Positions 1-8,985 of a DNA stretch of 64,000 bases are shown here, one piece after another; position 1 is the stretch's first letter, and each line of letters opens with the position of its first letter. Under the pieces are notes generated by a model. It did not search any database. It saw nothing but the letters and a program-made list of their open reading frames with translations, and was not told the DNA's origin. This stretch comes from an uncultured delta proteobacterium (GTDB lineage: Bacteria > Myxococcota > Myxococcia > Myxococcales > Myxococcaceae), in assembly GCA_963776345.1 (NCBI GenBank), contig CAVZMH010000015.1:32001-96000 (forward strand), written 5' to 3'. The position numbers and the translations under genes were made by a program.

Positions 1-11
1 GCCAGAGGGCC

Positions 12-2558
12 ATGGCCACCGCGCTGGTGAAGGTCGACGACAGCGAGGCCGCGCTCCGGCACGAGTTCGGCCCCACCGGCCGCGCGCTGGGGCGCCGGTA
101 CTGTCCGTACGTCCGGGTGACGCCAGCGGCGGAGGCCGAGCTGCGGCGGATCAGCGCCGAGGGCTTCGTGGTGCACGTGCAGCGGACCGCGGCCTGGGTG
201 AGCTTTCTCTACCTCGCCTGGCTCCTGGTCAGCCGCGCCCTCCCGCCGATCCGCGCCGTGGTGAACATGCGGCGGTGGTTCGGCCGGCCCTGGCGCCGGG
301 TGGCGCAGCGCGGACCGCTCGACGTCCGCTTCACCTTCGCCCGGAGGCAGGGCGGCTCGGCGCTGGTCTTCCTCCAGCAGACGGCGATCGGGCGGGCCGG
401 CGGCCGGAGCGGCCGGGAGGACCCCTTCCCCGCCCTGGTGGCGATGGCCCGGAAGAGCGACCGGCCGGTGTTCCTCGTCCCCGAGCTGGTGGTCTGGGAG
501 AAGTGGAGCGTCCGGATCAAGCCCGCCTGGGCGGACTACGTCTTCGGGACGCCCGAGGCGCCGGGCTTCCTCCACTCGGTGCTGGCCTTCCTCCGGAACC
601 ACAAGCGGGCGCAGTTCCGGGTGGGCGAGCCCATCGACCTCCGGGCCTTCGCCGCGCAGAACCCGGAAGAATCGGACGTGGTGGTCGCCCGGAAGGTCCG
701 CGCCGTGCTCCACGTGCATCTCGCCCGCGAGACCCGTGCCGTCTTCGGGCCGCCGTACAAGCCGCCCGAGCGGGTCATCGAGGAGACGCTGCGTGACCGC
801 ACGCTGCGCCAGACCATCGAGCAGACCGCCACCCGCAGCGGGAAGGACCCGGCGGCGCTGGAGCGCGAGGCCCGGCGGAACCTCAATGCCATCGCCGCAC
901 GGCTGCACCCCACGGTGCTCGCGGTCGTCGCGCCGCTGATGGGCTGGGTGTTCGACCGGATCTACGACGGCATCAACGTGGACGAGGCCGGGCTGGAGCG
1001 CGCGCTCCGGGCCGGACTCAACGGCGCGCCGATCGTGCTCTGCCCGAGCCACAAGAGCCACGTGGACTACCTGGTCATGTCCTGGGTGCTGTGGAAGCGT
1101 GGCTACCAGGTGCCGGTGGTGGCCGCCGGGGCGAACCTCTCCTTCTTCCCGCTGGGGCCGGTGCTCCGGCGCGTCGGGGCGTTCTTCCTCCGCCGCAGCT
1201 TCGGCACCGACCGGCTCTACACCGCGACCTTCAAGGCCTACGTCAAGAAGCTGGTGCGCGACGGCGTGCACCAGGAGTTCTTCCCCGAGGGCGGCCGCTC
1301 CCGGACCGGCAAGCTCCTCCCCGCCAAGCTGGGGCTGCTCGGCTGGGAGGTGGACGCGGTCCTGGAGGGGGCCCGGAACGACCTCGCCTTCATCCCGGTG
1401 GCCATCGATTACGAGAAGATCGTCGAGGGCAGCAGCTACAGCAGGGAGCTGGTCGGCGGGGAGAAGAAGCCCGAGGACGTGGGCGCGCTCATCCGGGCGC
1501 CACAGGTGCTGCTCCGTCGCTACGGCACCATTCACCTGCGCTTCGACGAGCCGGTGCTCCTCCGCGACTTCATGCGGGGCCGCGGCCTGGAGGACCCGGG
1601 CAGCATCGGCGAGGAGGAGAGGCGCGGCCTGGTCCGGGCGCTGGGGCACCGCATCATGTGGGGCATCGCCCGCGTGTCCACGGTGACGCCGCACGCGCTG
1701 GTGAGCAGCGCCCTCCTCGCGCACCCCGGCCGGGGGCTGCCAGCCTCCGCGCTCGGCGCGCGGGTGGACGCGCTCCGGGGGATGTGCCTCGAGGAGGGCT
1801 CGGCGCTGTCCACCGGCCTCGCCGGAGCCCCGAGCGACCCGACCGTGGCGGGCCCGGTGCGCACCGCGGTGCTCGGCTTCGTCGAGGACAAGCTGGTCCG
1901 CACCGAGCAGGCCAAGGGCGAGACGGTCTACCTGCCGGTGGACGAGCGGCGGGTCCAGCTCGCCTACTACAAGAACACCATCCTGAACCTGATCGCCCCG
2001 CGCGCGCTGGTGGCCTGCGCCGTGCTCCGGGGCGTGCTCGACGGCACCGAGGAGTCGGTCCGGACCAAGGCCCTCTTCCTCTCCCGGCTGTTCAAGCTGG
2101 AGTTCATCTACCGGGTGGGCGCGCCCTTCGAGATCATCTTCGCCGAGACGGTGGACAAGCTGGTGGCGGCCGGGCTCCTGGTGCGGCGCGACGGGTCGCT
2201 CCTCCCCCCCGATGCGCAGGCCCGCGGCGTGCTCGAGTTCCTGGCCGACATGATCCGCGACTACCTGCAGTCGTACCTGCTCGCCGCGCTGACGCTGGAC
2301 GACCTCGCCACGGGCCCCATGGACCGGAAGGCGTTCCTCCGGGCCGCGCTGGAGACCGGGCGGATGGAATTCCTCTCCGGGCGCCTCGACGCCGCCGAGG
2401 CCATCAGCCGGACCACGCTGGAGAACGCGCTGGCCTGGCTCCTCGAGCAGGAGATGGTGGCCGAGCGGGACCGAAAGCTGGTCCTCGGCCCCACCGCGGA
2501 GCGGCCCGAGCCGCGCGAGGCGTTCCGCGACGAGCTGCGCGCCTACCTCGACCGGTAG
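12..2558 (+). CDS. plsB: Glycerol-3-phosphate acyltransferase (PlsB/DHAPAT-like)
   Basis: 848 aa; acyltransferase motifs PSHKSHVDY (HxxxxD), GAFFLRR and FFPEGGRSRTGK. Confidence 0.85.
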   Translation: MATALVKVDDSEAALRHEFGPTGRALGRRYCPYVRVTPAAEAELRRISAEGFVVHVQRTAAWVSFLYLAWLLVSRALPPIRAVVNMRRWFGRPWRRVAQRGPLDVRFTFARRQGGSALVFLQQTAIGRAGGRSGREDPFPALVAMARKSDRPVFLVPELVVWEKWSVRIKPAWADYVFGTPEAPGFLHSVLAFLRNHKRAQFRVGEPIDLRAFAAQNPEESDVVVARKVRAVLHVHLARETRAVFGPPYKPPERVIEETLRDRTLRQTIEQTATRSGKDPAALEREARRNLNAIAARLHPTVLAVVAPLMGWVFDRIYDGINVDEAGLERALRAGLNGAPIVLCPSHKSHVDYLVMSWVLWKRGYQVPVVAAGANLSFFPLGPVLRRVGAFFLRRSFGTDRLYTATFKAYVKKLVRDGVHQEFFPEGGRSRTGKLLPAKLGLLGWEVDAVLEGARNDLAFIPVAIDYEKIVEGSSYSRELVGGEKKPEDVGALIRAPQVLLRRYGTIHLRFDEPVLLRDFMRGRGLEDPGSIGEEERRGLVRALGHRIMWGIARVSTVTPHALVSSALLAHPGRGLPASALGARVDALRGMCLEEGSALSTGLAGAPSDPTVAGPVRTAVLGFVEDKLVRTEQAKGETVYLPVDERRVQLAYYKNTILNLIAPRALVACAVLRGVLDGTEESVRTKALFLSRLFKLEFIYRVGAPFEIIFAETVDKLVAAGLLVRRDGSLLPPDAQARGVLEFLADMIRDYLQSYLLAALTLDDLATGPMDRKAFLRAALETGRMEFLSGRLDAAEAISRTTLENALAWLLEQEMVAERDRKLVLGPTAERPEPREAFRDELRAYLDR

Positions 2559-3038
2559 TCAGCGCGGCGCAATCAGCGCGTCGAGCTTCCGGGCCAGCGT
2601 CGCGTTGGAGACCAGGCCCTCGTACCGCCCCACCATCGTCCCGTCGGCCGAGACCAGGAAGGTGGCGGGCACCGTCTCCAGGCCCAGGGGCGCGAGCATC
2701 TCGCTCTCCGCCGCGGCGACGGGCATCGTGCGGAGGCCCATCTTCTCGGCCGCGACCCGAATCCGGGTGCGGTCGGGGGCGATGGAGACGGCGATGAACC
2801 CCACCCGGCCCTCGTACTGCTTCGCCAGCTTCTCCAGCTCGGGCAACTCCCGAGCACAGACGCCTCAGCCGGGCATCCAGAGGTTCACCAGCCACGGCCG
2901 GCCGCGCATCGTCTTCGGGGTGACGCTCGCGCCGTCGAGACCGCGCGCGCTGAAGGAGTCGGGCAGCGGCCGCGGGGTGTAGGAGGGCTGGCAGGCGGCG
3001 CCGAGCACGAGCAGGAGGAGAACGGGCAGACTGCGCAT
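2559..3038 (-). CDS. TlpA/redoxin-family lipoprotein, probable selenoprotein (UGA=Sec at codon 58, UxxC)
   Basis: ATG at 3038 gives MRSLPVLLLLVLGAAC (lipobox)...PWLVNLWMPG-TGA(2867-2865)-GVCARELPELEKL...VPATFLV. The TGA aligns with the first Cys of the TlpA NFWAxWCxxC motif. 159 aa with readthrough; the ORF track shows only the C-terminal 95 aa. Confidence 0.85.
2837..2855 (-). promoter_or_regulatory. Candidate bacterial SECIS hairpin
   Basis: Minus strand GCTCGGG-AGTTG-CCCGAGC: perfect 7-bp stem; loop starts 16 nt after the in-frame TGA and has G at position 2 followed by U. Confidence 0.7.
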
Positions 3039-4248
3039 GCCTGGTCCTCGACGCTTTCACAGCCCTCACGGGGCTGGCAAGGTGCTCCGGCCGTCACCCA
3101 TCGTGCTCGAGCCCACCCTTCCCCCGTCCGACGCACCCGAACCTCCGGTACCCGCCGAGCGGCTGGGATGGCTCGCGCTGGTCGGCGCGCTGGCGCTCTT
3201 CTACCTGGTCGGCGTGCCGCTGCAGATGGTGAGCGCCGGCGCGGGCATCTGGTTCGCCGAGGTGTTCCTCTTCCTCGGCTCCGGCTGGGCGCTGACCCGC
3301 TGGAGCGGCCGGGCACCGGCGCCGTACCTCGGGCTTCGATGGCCCGGGATCCGGCCTCTCCTGTTCGCGCTCGGCGTGGCCGTGGCCAACTACTTCGCGC
3401 TGGTCATCCCGCTGCAGTTCCTGGTCCAGCTGGCCGCCCCACAGTCGTGGGTGGAGATGTTCGACCAGACCCAGGTGTTCGAGCGGAGGAGCGGCCTCGA
3501 GCTGTTCCTGGCCATGACCGGCGCGGTGGCCGCCGCGCCGATCGGCGAGGAGGTCGTCTTCCGGGGCCTCTTGCTCCAGGGCCTTCTCCGCCGGGGCGTG
3601 GCCGTCATCCCGGCGGTGATCGCCTCGGCGGCCATCTTCAGCCTCTGCCACGTCAACCTCATCGGGCTTCCCGCGCTCTTCGAGCTGGGGGTGGTCTTCG
3701 GGCTCCTCTACGTCCGGACCCGGACCGTGCTTCCGGGGATGGTGGCCCACCTGGGGAGCAACCTGACGGCCACCCTGCTCTACGTCGCCGGGAAGGGACA
3801 GGAGCCGGGGCCGGTCGAGCTGTCCGCGCTTCCCGCCATCCTCGGCGCGAGCGCTGCCGGATGGGTGGTGCTGGGCCTCGTCCTGTCCGCCGCCCGCCGG
3901 GTGCCCGGGGCCTGGGGTCAGCGCCGGGAGGAGGACGTGGCCCGACCCCGGATCCCGCTCTCGCGGGCGCTCGCGCCCTGGGCCGTGGCGGCCGCGGCCT
4001 CGCTCGTCGTCTGGGGCCTCGCGGACCGCCGCGGCCTCGAGCTCGACCTCGCGGACGTCCAGGCCCGGCTGCCGCCGCCCCGCTCCAGCGAGCCGGGATG
4101 GGCGCGCGAGCGCCGGGATGAGGTCGAGACGCTCCGGGAGGACGTGCGCCAGGGAAAGGCGAGCCTCGAGACCTACCGCCAGGCGCGCCGCGTGCTCGCC
4201 GGAGCGCTGGCAGCCGACGCCGGGACCCCGGACGGGGGAGCGCCCTGA
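3037..4248 (+). CDS. CPBP/CAAX (Abi) intramembrane metalloprotease
   Basis: Multiple TM segments; motifs EEVVFRG, FSLCH, HLGSN. True start is probably GTG 3082 or 3103. Confidence 0.85.
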   Translation: MPGPRRFHSPHGAGKVLRPSPIVLEPTLPPSDAPEPPVPAERLGWLALVGALALFYLVGVPLQMVSAGAGIWFAEVFLFLGSGWALTRWSGRAPAPYLGLRWPGIRPLLFALGVAVANYFALVIPLQFLVQLAAPQSWVEMFDQTQVFERRSGLELFLAMTGAVAAAPIGEEVVFRGLLLQGLLRRGVAVIPAVIASAAIFSLCHVNLIGLPALFELGVVFGLLYVRTRTVLPGMVAHLGSNLTATLLYVAGKGQEPGPVELSALPAILGASAAGWVVLGLVLSAARRVPGAWGQRREEDVARPRIPLSRALAPWAVAAAASLVVWGLADRRGLELDLADVQARLPPPRSSEPGWARERRDEVETLREDVRQGKASLETYRQARRVLAGALAADAGTPDGGAP

Positions 4249-4267
4249 CCGCCGGTGGCTCCCGCGC

Positions 4268-4483
4268 TCAGAAGGCCTTGTAGCGACGCACCCGGAGCAC
4301 CGGACCGACCATGGCGATGCCGGCTGCCGCGGCGTCCACATCGCCGTCGATCTCCACCCGCTGCCCTTCCTTGAGCAGCGACGAGCGGCCACCGGCGAGC
4401 TGGTACGTCTTCCCGTCGTCCCCGGCGAGCACCCAGACGCCCATCTCCACGTCGCGGAACTCGACCGTCCCCCGGATCCTCAT
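4268..4483 (-). CDS. Small hypothetical protein (DUF5818-like, predicted beta-rich)
   Basis: MRIRGTVEFRDVEMGVWVLAGDDGKTYQL..., 71 aa; ATGA overlap with the S8 peptidase stop. Confidence 0.7.
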   Translation of the reverse strand: MRIRGTVEFRDVEMGVWVLAGDDGKTYQLAGGRSSLLKEGQRVEIDGDVDAAAAGIAMVGPVLRVRRYKAF

Positions 4484-6252
4484 CGCCGCGTCTCTCGCCG
4501 GAGCATCGCCCGGGACAGCAGCGCCGCCAGGAGCCCGTTCAGCACCAGCCAGGGCCGGGCGAGGAAGGTGAAGGGAAGGTAGGCGATGCTCGGCGCCTTC
4601 GCCCAGGCCGCGTAGAGCAAGAATCCCGCAAACCCGAGCGACAGTCCGGCCACGACCGGCCGCAGCCCCCGCCACTTCAGCGCGAGGAGCGCCGCCACGG
4701 TCGGGACCAGCGCGCTGTACATCAGGGGGCTCGCGAGCCGCCCGCGCCCGAAGAGGATGCGCCCCCAGTCGGGCAGCGGCAGCGAGAGCACCTCGGCGGC
4801 GGCCGGCGGGTGCCCGACGTAGCGCTGCCAGAGAAGCTTGAGGAACCACAGCCCGACCGTGCTCAGGAGCAGCGGAAGGAGCGTCGCGGGGTTGAGCAGC
4901 ACGTTCAGGTAGCCCGGGCGCACCTTGGTCTTCAGCGAGATCAGGAGCAGCGCCAGCAGCGCCGCGCTCCAGGCGAGCGGCACCCAGTCGACCGGGCCAG
5001 CGGTCTTGCCGAGCGCCTCCAGCGCTCCGAGCGCATCCAGCCGGCCGTGCCCGGCCCGCGGAGTCCAGGCGCCCCCGGACCCGGCGCCCTCGAACAGGGC
5101 CCTCTCCACCTCGTCGGGCGTCCTCGCCCCCGCGGCGAAGAGCAGCGCCGCCACCCCCGCCACGTGGGGCGTGGCCATGGACGTGCCCTGGTACTCGGCG
5201 AGGACCGGCTTCCTGAAATCCGCGCGGTCGAGCGTCGCCTGGAGGATGCCGTTGCCCGGACCGAGCTTGGTGTTCCCACCCGGCGCGACGATGTCCAGCG
5301 CCTCCCCGTAGGACGAGTACGGCGCGAGCGCCCCATCCGGCCCCACCGCGCCCACCGCCACCGCGCCGGCGTACGCCGCGGGGTACGAGACCTGCCCCAG
5401 CCCGCTGTTGCCCGCGGCGCAGACCACCACCGCCCCCTTGCTCCGGGCGTAGGCCACGGCGCGCTCCATGACGCCCGAGTACCCGGGGCCGCCGAGCGAG
5501 AGGTTCAGCACCTTGGCCCCGTGGTCCACCGCCCAGCGGATGGCATCGGCGATGTCCGCCGAGTTCCCGAGCCCCGAGCGGTCCAGGACCTTGAGCGGCA
5601 TGAGCCGCGCCTCGAAGGCGACGCCCGCGACGCCCACGCCGTTGTTGGTGCGCTGGGCGATGGTGCCGGCGACGTGGGTGCCGTGACCGTTGTCGTCGTT
5701 GGGATGGTCGGTGTCGTTGACGAAGTCGTAGCCCGGGACGAAGCGCGCGCCCGTCAAGTCGGGCACCCGCACGAACTCCTCCCGGTCCTCGTAGGCGATG
5801 CCGGTGTCGATGACCGCGACCACCACGCCCTTGCCCCGCGAGCGCTCCCAGGCCTCGGGCATGTGGATCATCCGGAGGTTCCACTGCTTCGGGAAGTCCG
5901 GGTCGTTCGGGGTGAAGGCCAGCGCCTCCACCTGGACCAGCGGCTCGGCCTCCTCCACCTCCGCGTCACCGCGAACCCGGGCCAGCGCGGCATCCACGTC
6001 GTCGACGCCGTCGGCGATGGCGATGCCCGAGCGCAGGCCCTCGACCGAGTTGAGGTGGAGCGGGAGTCCCCAGCGCCGCGCTCGCTCGGCGATCTCCTCG
6101 GCGGGCGTACCGTCGCGGAAGTCGACCACCAGCGCGTGCGGCACGGCGGAGGCGCGGGCCGTCCCCGGGGGAGTCGCCTTGGTGTGCGCGGGGGCGGGCG
6201 CACACGCCGCCGCGAGCAGCACCACTCCGCTCAGGCACCAGCCAGACCGCAT
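4480..6252 (-). CDS. S8 subtilisin-like serine peptidase, lipoprotein with C-terminal membrane domain
   Basis: Catalytic triad motifs VAVIDTG, HGTHVAG, GTSMATPHVAG; LAAAC lipobox; GGAAGGAG RBS before ATG 6252. Confidence 0.92.
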   Translation of the reverse strand: MRSGWCLSGVVLLAAACAPAPAHTKATPPGTARASAVPHALVVDFRDGTPAEEIAERARRWGLPLHLNSVEGLRSGIAIADGVDDVDAALARVRGDAEVEEAEPLVQVEALAFTPNDPDFPKQWNLRMIHMPEAWERSRGKGVVVAVIDTGIAYEDREEFVRVPDLTGARFVPGYDFVNDTDHPNDDNGHGTHVAGTIAQRTNNGVGVAGVAFEARLMPLKVLDRSGLGNSADIADAIRWAVDHGAKVLNLSLGGPGYSGVMERAVAYARSKGAVVVCAAGNSGLGQVSYPAAYAGAVAVGAVGPDGALAPYSSYGEALDIVAPGGNTKLGPGNGILQATLDRADFRKPVLAEYQGTSMATPHVAGVAALLFAAGARTPDEVERALFEGAGSGGAWTPRAGHGRLDALGALEALGKTAGPVDWVPLAWSAALLALLLISLKTKVRPGYLNVLLNPATLLPLLLSTVGLWFLKLLWQRYVGHPPAAAEVLSLPLPDWGRILFGRGRLASPLMYSALVPTVAALLALKWRGLRPVVAGLSLGFAGFLLYAAWAKAPSIAYLPFTFLARPWLVLNGLLAALLSRAMLRRETRR

Positions 6253-6337
6253 CCAGGCTCCTTCCAGCCCCGGGGAAAGGGCAGACCCTGGAGTCATACG
6301 CCCCTGGCCTTCCCCGATTGGGGACCCAGGTCATTCT

Positions 6338-6964
6338 TCACGATTCCAGGTGCTTGCTGGCTCCCTCGATCCAGCGGAGCGCGACCCGGCCGACCTCGGA
6401 CAGGTGCCGCTGGAACCGGGCATCGGCGCCGGCGACGGCCTCGACCCGCCCTCCGGCCTCGGACGCGGCGGCCACGAGCCCTGCCCGACCAGGCTCGTCC
6501 TCCCCGACGATGCAGAGGAGCGGGACACCGAGGCGACGGGGCATCGTCGTCGCAGGGGGGCTGACCAGGACGACGGCCACGATGCCCGGATGCTCGCTTG
6601 CCAGCCGAACGGCCGTGTCTGCCGAGGCCCCCACCGCCGCGACGGCCACCTCGACCCGGGCCGTGTTCTCGCGGAGAAGGCGCAGCGCGGCGGCCGCGTC
6701 CTCGAGCCGTGACTCCGCATCGCCCCGCAGCCCCTGGCTGGCCCCGACGCCGCGGAAGTTGAACCGGAGCACCGGACGCCCGGCGCGCGCCGTGGCCCAG
6801 GCGAGCTCGGCGCAGACCACGTGATCCATCGACCCGGCCTCGGGTGGCGGCGGCAGGACGAGGACCGGAGGCGACTTGCTGCCCCGGTGCCACAGCCCCT
6901 CGAGCACCTCGTGACCGACCCGGACCAGCGCCGGCCGCTCGAGGTACTGGCCCCGGCTCACCAC
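6338..6964 (-). CDS. Alpha/beta hydrolase
   Basis: GSMDHVV and VLRFNFRGVGASQG motifs; GTG start overlaps the upstream stop. Confidence 0.75.
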   Translation of the reverse strand: MVSRGQYLERPALVRVGHEVLEGLWHRGSKSPPVLVLPPPPEAGSMDHVVCAELAWATARAGRPVLRFNFRGVGASQGLRGDAESRLEDAAAALRLLRENTARVEVAVAAVGASADTAVRLASEHPGIVAVVLVSPPATTMPRRLGVPLLCIVGEDEPGRAGLVAAASEAGGRVEAVAGADARFQRHLSEVGRVALRWIEGASKHLES

Positions 6965-8154
6965 GAGGTCACCCGGAGCACCAGGAGCTTGAGGTAGCGC
7001 CCCTCCGGGAACTGGAGGCGGATGGGGTGGTCGGGTGGCTGGTAGCGCTCCTCGACCAGCGTGAGGTCCACGCCGGCCTTGAAGCCCGCCTCCTTCACCG
7101 CGCCCTGGAAGGCCTCGGGCGTGACCCGGGCCGAGCACGAGGCGGTGACCAGGAGGCCGCCGGGCGCCACGACCTCGAGCGCCTGCCGGTTGAGCGAGGC
7201 GTACCCGTCGATGGCCGCCTCCACCGCGCGCTGGCTCTTGGCGAAGGCCGGCGGGTCGAGGATGACGACGTCGAACCGGCGCCCCTCCTCGCGGAAGGAG
7301 GAGAGCAGCGTGAACACGTCCGCCGCCAGGAAGTCGTGGGCGTTCGGGTCGAGGCCGTTGCGCACGAAGTTGTCCCGGGCGAGGGCGATCGCGTCGGCGT
7401 CCTGGTCGACGCTGAACACGCGGGTCGCACCGCCGAGCGCCGCGTTGACGCTGAAGCCTCCCGAGAAGCTGAAGCAGTTGAGCACCGTGGCCCCGCGGGA
7501 CAGACGCCGGACCAGCGCCCGGTTCTCTCGCTGATCGAGGAAGAAGCCGGTCTTCTGCCCGCGCCGGACGTCGACGCCGAAGCGCACCCCACGCTCGAGG
7601 ATGACCACCGGATCGGGCGGCTCCTCGCCCCACAGCAGGCGCCCCCCGCTCCGCCCGTCCTCGTCGCCTTCCTCGCCTGCGAGCTGGTCGCGGCCCAGCA
7701 CCGCGCGAACCCCGGGGAGCGCCCGGAGCGCCTCGACCAGGAGGCCCCGCGCCGGGGTGAGCCCGGCCGAGTAGAGCTTGAGCACCACCGTGCCCGCATA
7801 GAGGTCGGCCACCACGCCCGGCAGCCCGTCCGCCTCGCCGTGGACGAGACGGAAGCTGTCGGTGTCGGTCCGGTCCAGCAGCCGCTCGCGCAGCTCCCAC
7901 GCCGACCGCACGCGCCGCCGGAAGAAGTCGCCGTCGATGACCTCGCGCGAATCGCGGGTCAGGACGCGCACGGCGATGGGGCTCAGCGGATCGAAGTACC
8001 CGCGAGCGACGAACTTCCCGCCCTCGGTCAGGTCCACCACGCTCCCGGGCGGGATCTTCGGAAGCTTCTCCACCGCCTTGCGGAACACCCAGGGGTGGCC
8101 GGCCCGGAGGTGGCGTCCGAGGCCCCGCTGCAGCTCGAGCCGGACCAGGTTCAC
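6958..8154 (-). CDS. rlmI: RlmI/RlmK-like 23S rRNA methyltransferase
   Basis: PUA-like GHPWVF, GEADGLPG, GQKTGFFLDQRENR, VLNCFSFSGGF, ILDPPAF; GTGA overlap at start. Confidence 0.85.
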   Translation of the reverse strand: MNLVRLELQRGLGRHLRAGHPWVFRKAVEKLPKIPPGSVVDLTEGGKFVARGYFDPLSPIAVRVLTRDSREVIDGDFFRRRVRSAWELRERLLDRTDTDSFRLVHGEADGLPGVVADLYAGTVVLKLYSAGLTPARGLLVEALRALPGVRAVLGRDQLAGEEGDEDGRSGGRLLWGEEPPDPVVILERGVRFGVDVRRGQKTGFFLDQRENRALVRRLSRGATVLNCFSFSGGFSVNAALGGATRVFSVDQDADAIALARDNFVRNGLDPNAHDFLAADVFTLLSSFREEGRRFDVVILDPPAFAKSQRAVEAAIDGYASLNRQALEVVAPGGLLVTASCSARVTPEAFQGAVKEAGFKAGVDLTLVEERYQPPDHPIRLQFPEGRYLKLLVLRVTSW

Positions 8155-8951
8155 GCCCTGGCCCTCCGCGCCCGGAGCACCGCCCGGGCGACCTCCTCGA
8201 AGCCGGCGCCCTCGGGCGCGCGGGTGACGAAGCGTGGCCGGTGCTCGAGCCGCTCCAGCACGGCGCGCACGTTGGCCACCCCCACGCTCAGCGGGAAGGC
8301 TGCGAAGAGCGGCGCGTCGTTGAGGCTGTCGCCGACGTACAGGTAGCGGCGGTCGTCGGGGCGAAGCCGCGCCTGCCAGACCGAACGCAGGAACCGGCGC
8401 ACCATCCACGCCTTGTCGAAGGGGCCGATCCAGGCGTTCACGTGGACGCTCGAGCGCACCGCGTTCACCCCGCGGGCGGCAAGGAACGCCTCCAGCCGCC
8501 GCGCGGCCTCCGGCCCCAGGCGGACCTCCTCATTGACGTCGATGGCCAGATCCACCTCGGCGTAGCGGCTGTCGGTGGACATGCGCGCCCCGGGCACGGC
8601 GCGCAAGGCGGACCGCACCACCCGCTGGAGCCGGCGGCGCTCCCGGTCCCGGACCGGGGCGGGACGGGCGTAGGACTTGCGGAGCGCGCCCCGGGCGTCG
8701 AGCCGGACCGAGAGGCCCCCGTTCTCGGCGATGACTCCCGCCACCGGGAGCGTCCGGGCCCAGGCCTCGGCGAACCCGGCCGGCCGGCCGGTGACCAGCA
8801 CCAGCGCCACGCCCGCCCGGTCGAGCCGCTCGAGCATCGCCAGCGTCGACGCCCGGAGGCGCCCGCCGGTGGTGAGCGTGCCGTCGACGTCGGTGAACAC
8901 GGCCTCGACCCGGGAGAGGTCGGCCTCGCGCAGCGGTCTGAGCTCGGGCAT
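8151..8951 (-). CDS. HAD-IIB family hydrolase
   Basis: FTDVDGTLT, VTGR, AENGG, VGDSLND motifs. Confidence 0.85.
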   Translation of the reverse strand: MPELRPLREADLSRVEAVFTDVDGTLTTGGRLRASTLAMLERLDRAGVALVLVTGRPAGFAEAWARTLPVAGVIAENGGLSVRLDARGALRKSYARPAPVRDRERRRLQRVVRSALRAVPGARMSTDSRYAEVDLAIDVNEEVRLGPEAARRLEAFLAARGVNAVRSSVHVNAWIGPFDKAWMVRRFLRSVWQARLRPDDRRYLYVGDSLNDAPLFAAFPLSVGVANVRAVLERLEHRPRFVTRAPEGAGFEEVARAVLRARRARA

Positions 8952-8985
8952 CGGGGGCGGGCGCACCCTACCCCAGGCCGGGGGC

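Noticed and set aside
2559..2846. 95-aa TTG-start ORF as a complete gene, or a nonsense pseudogene
   Set aside because: It would lack the active site; the TGA at the catalytic Cys position plus the SECIS-like hairpin favours Sec readthrough
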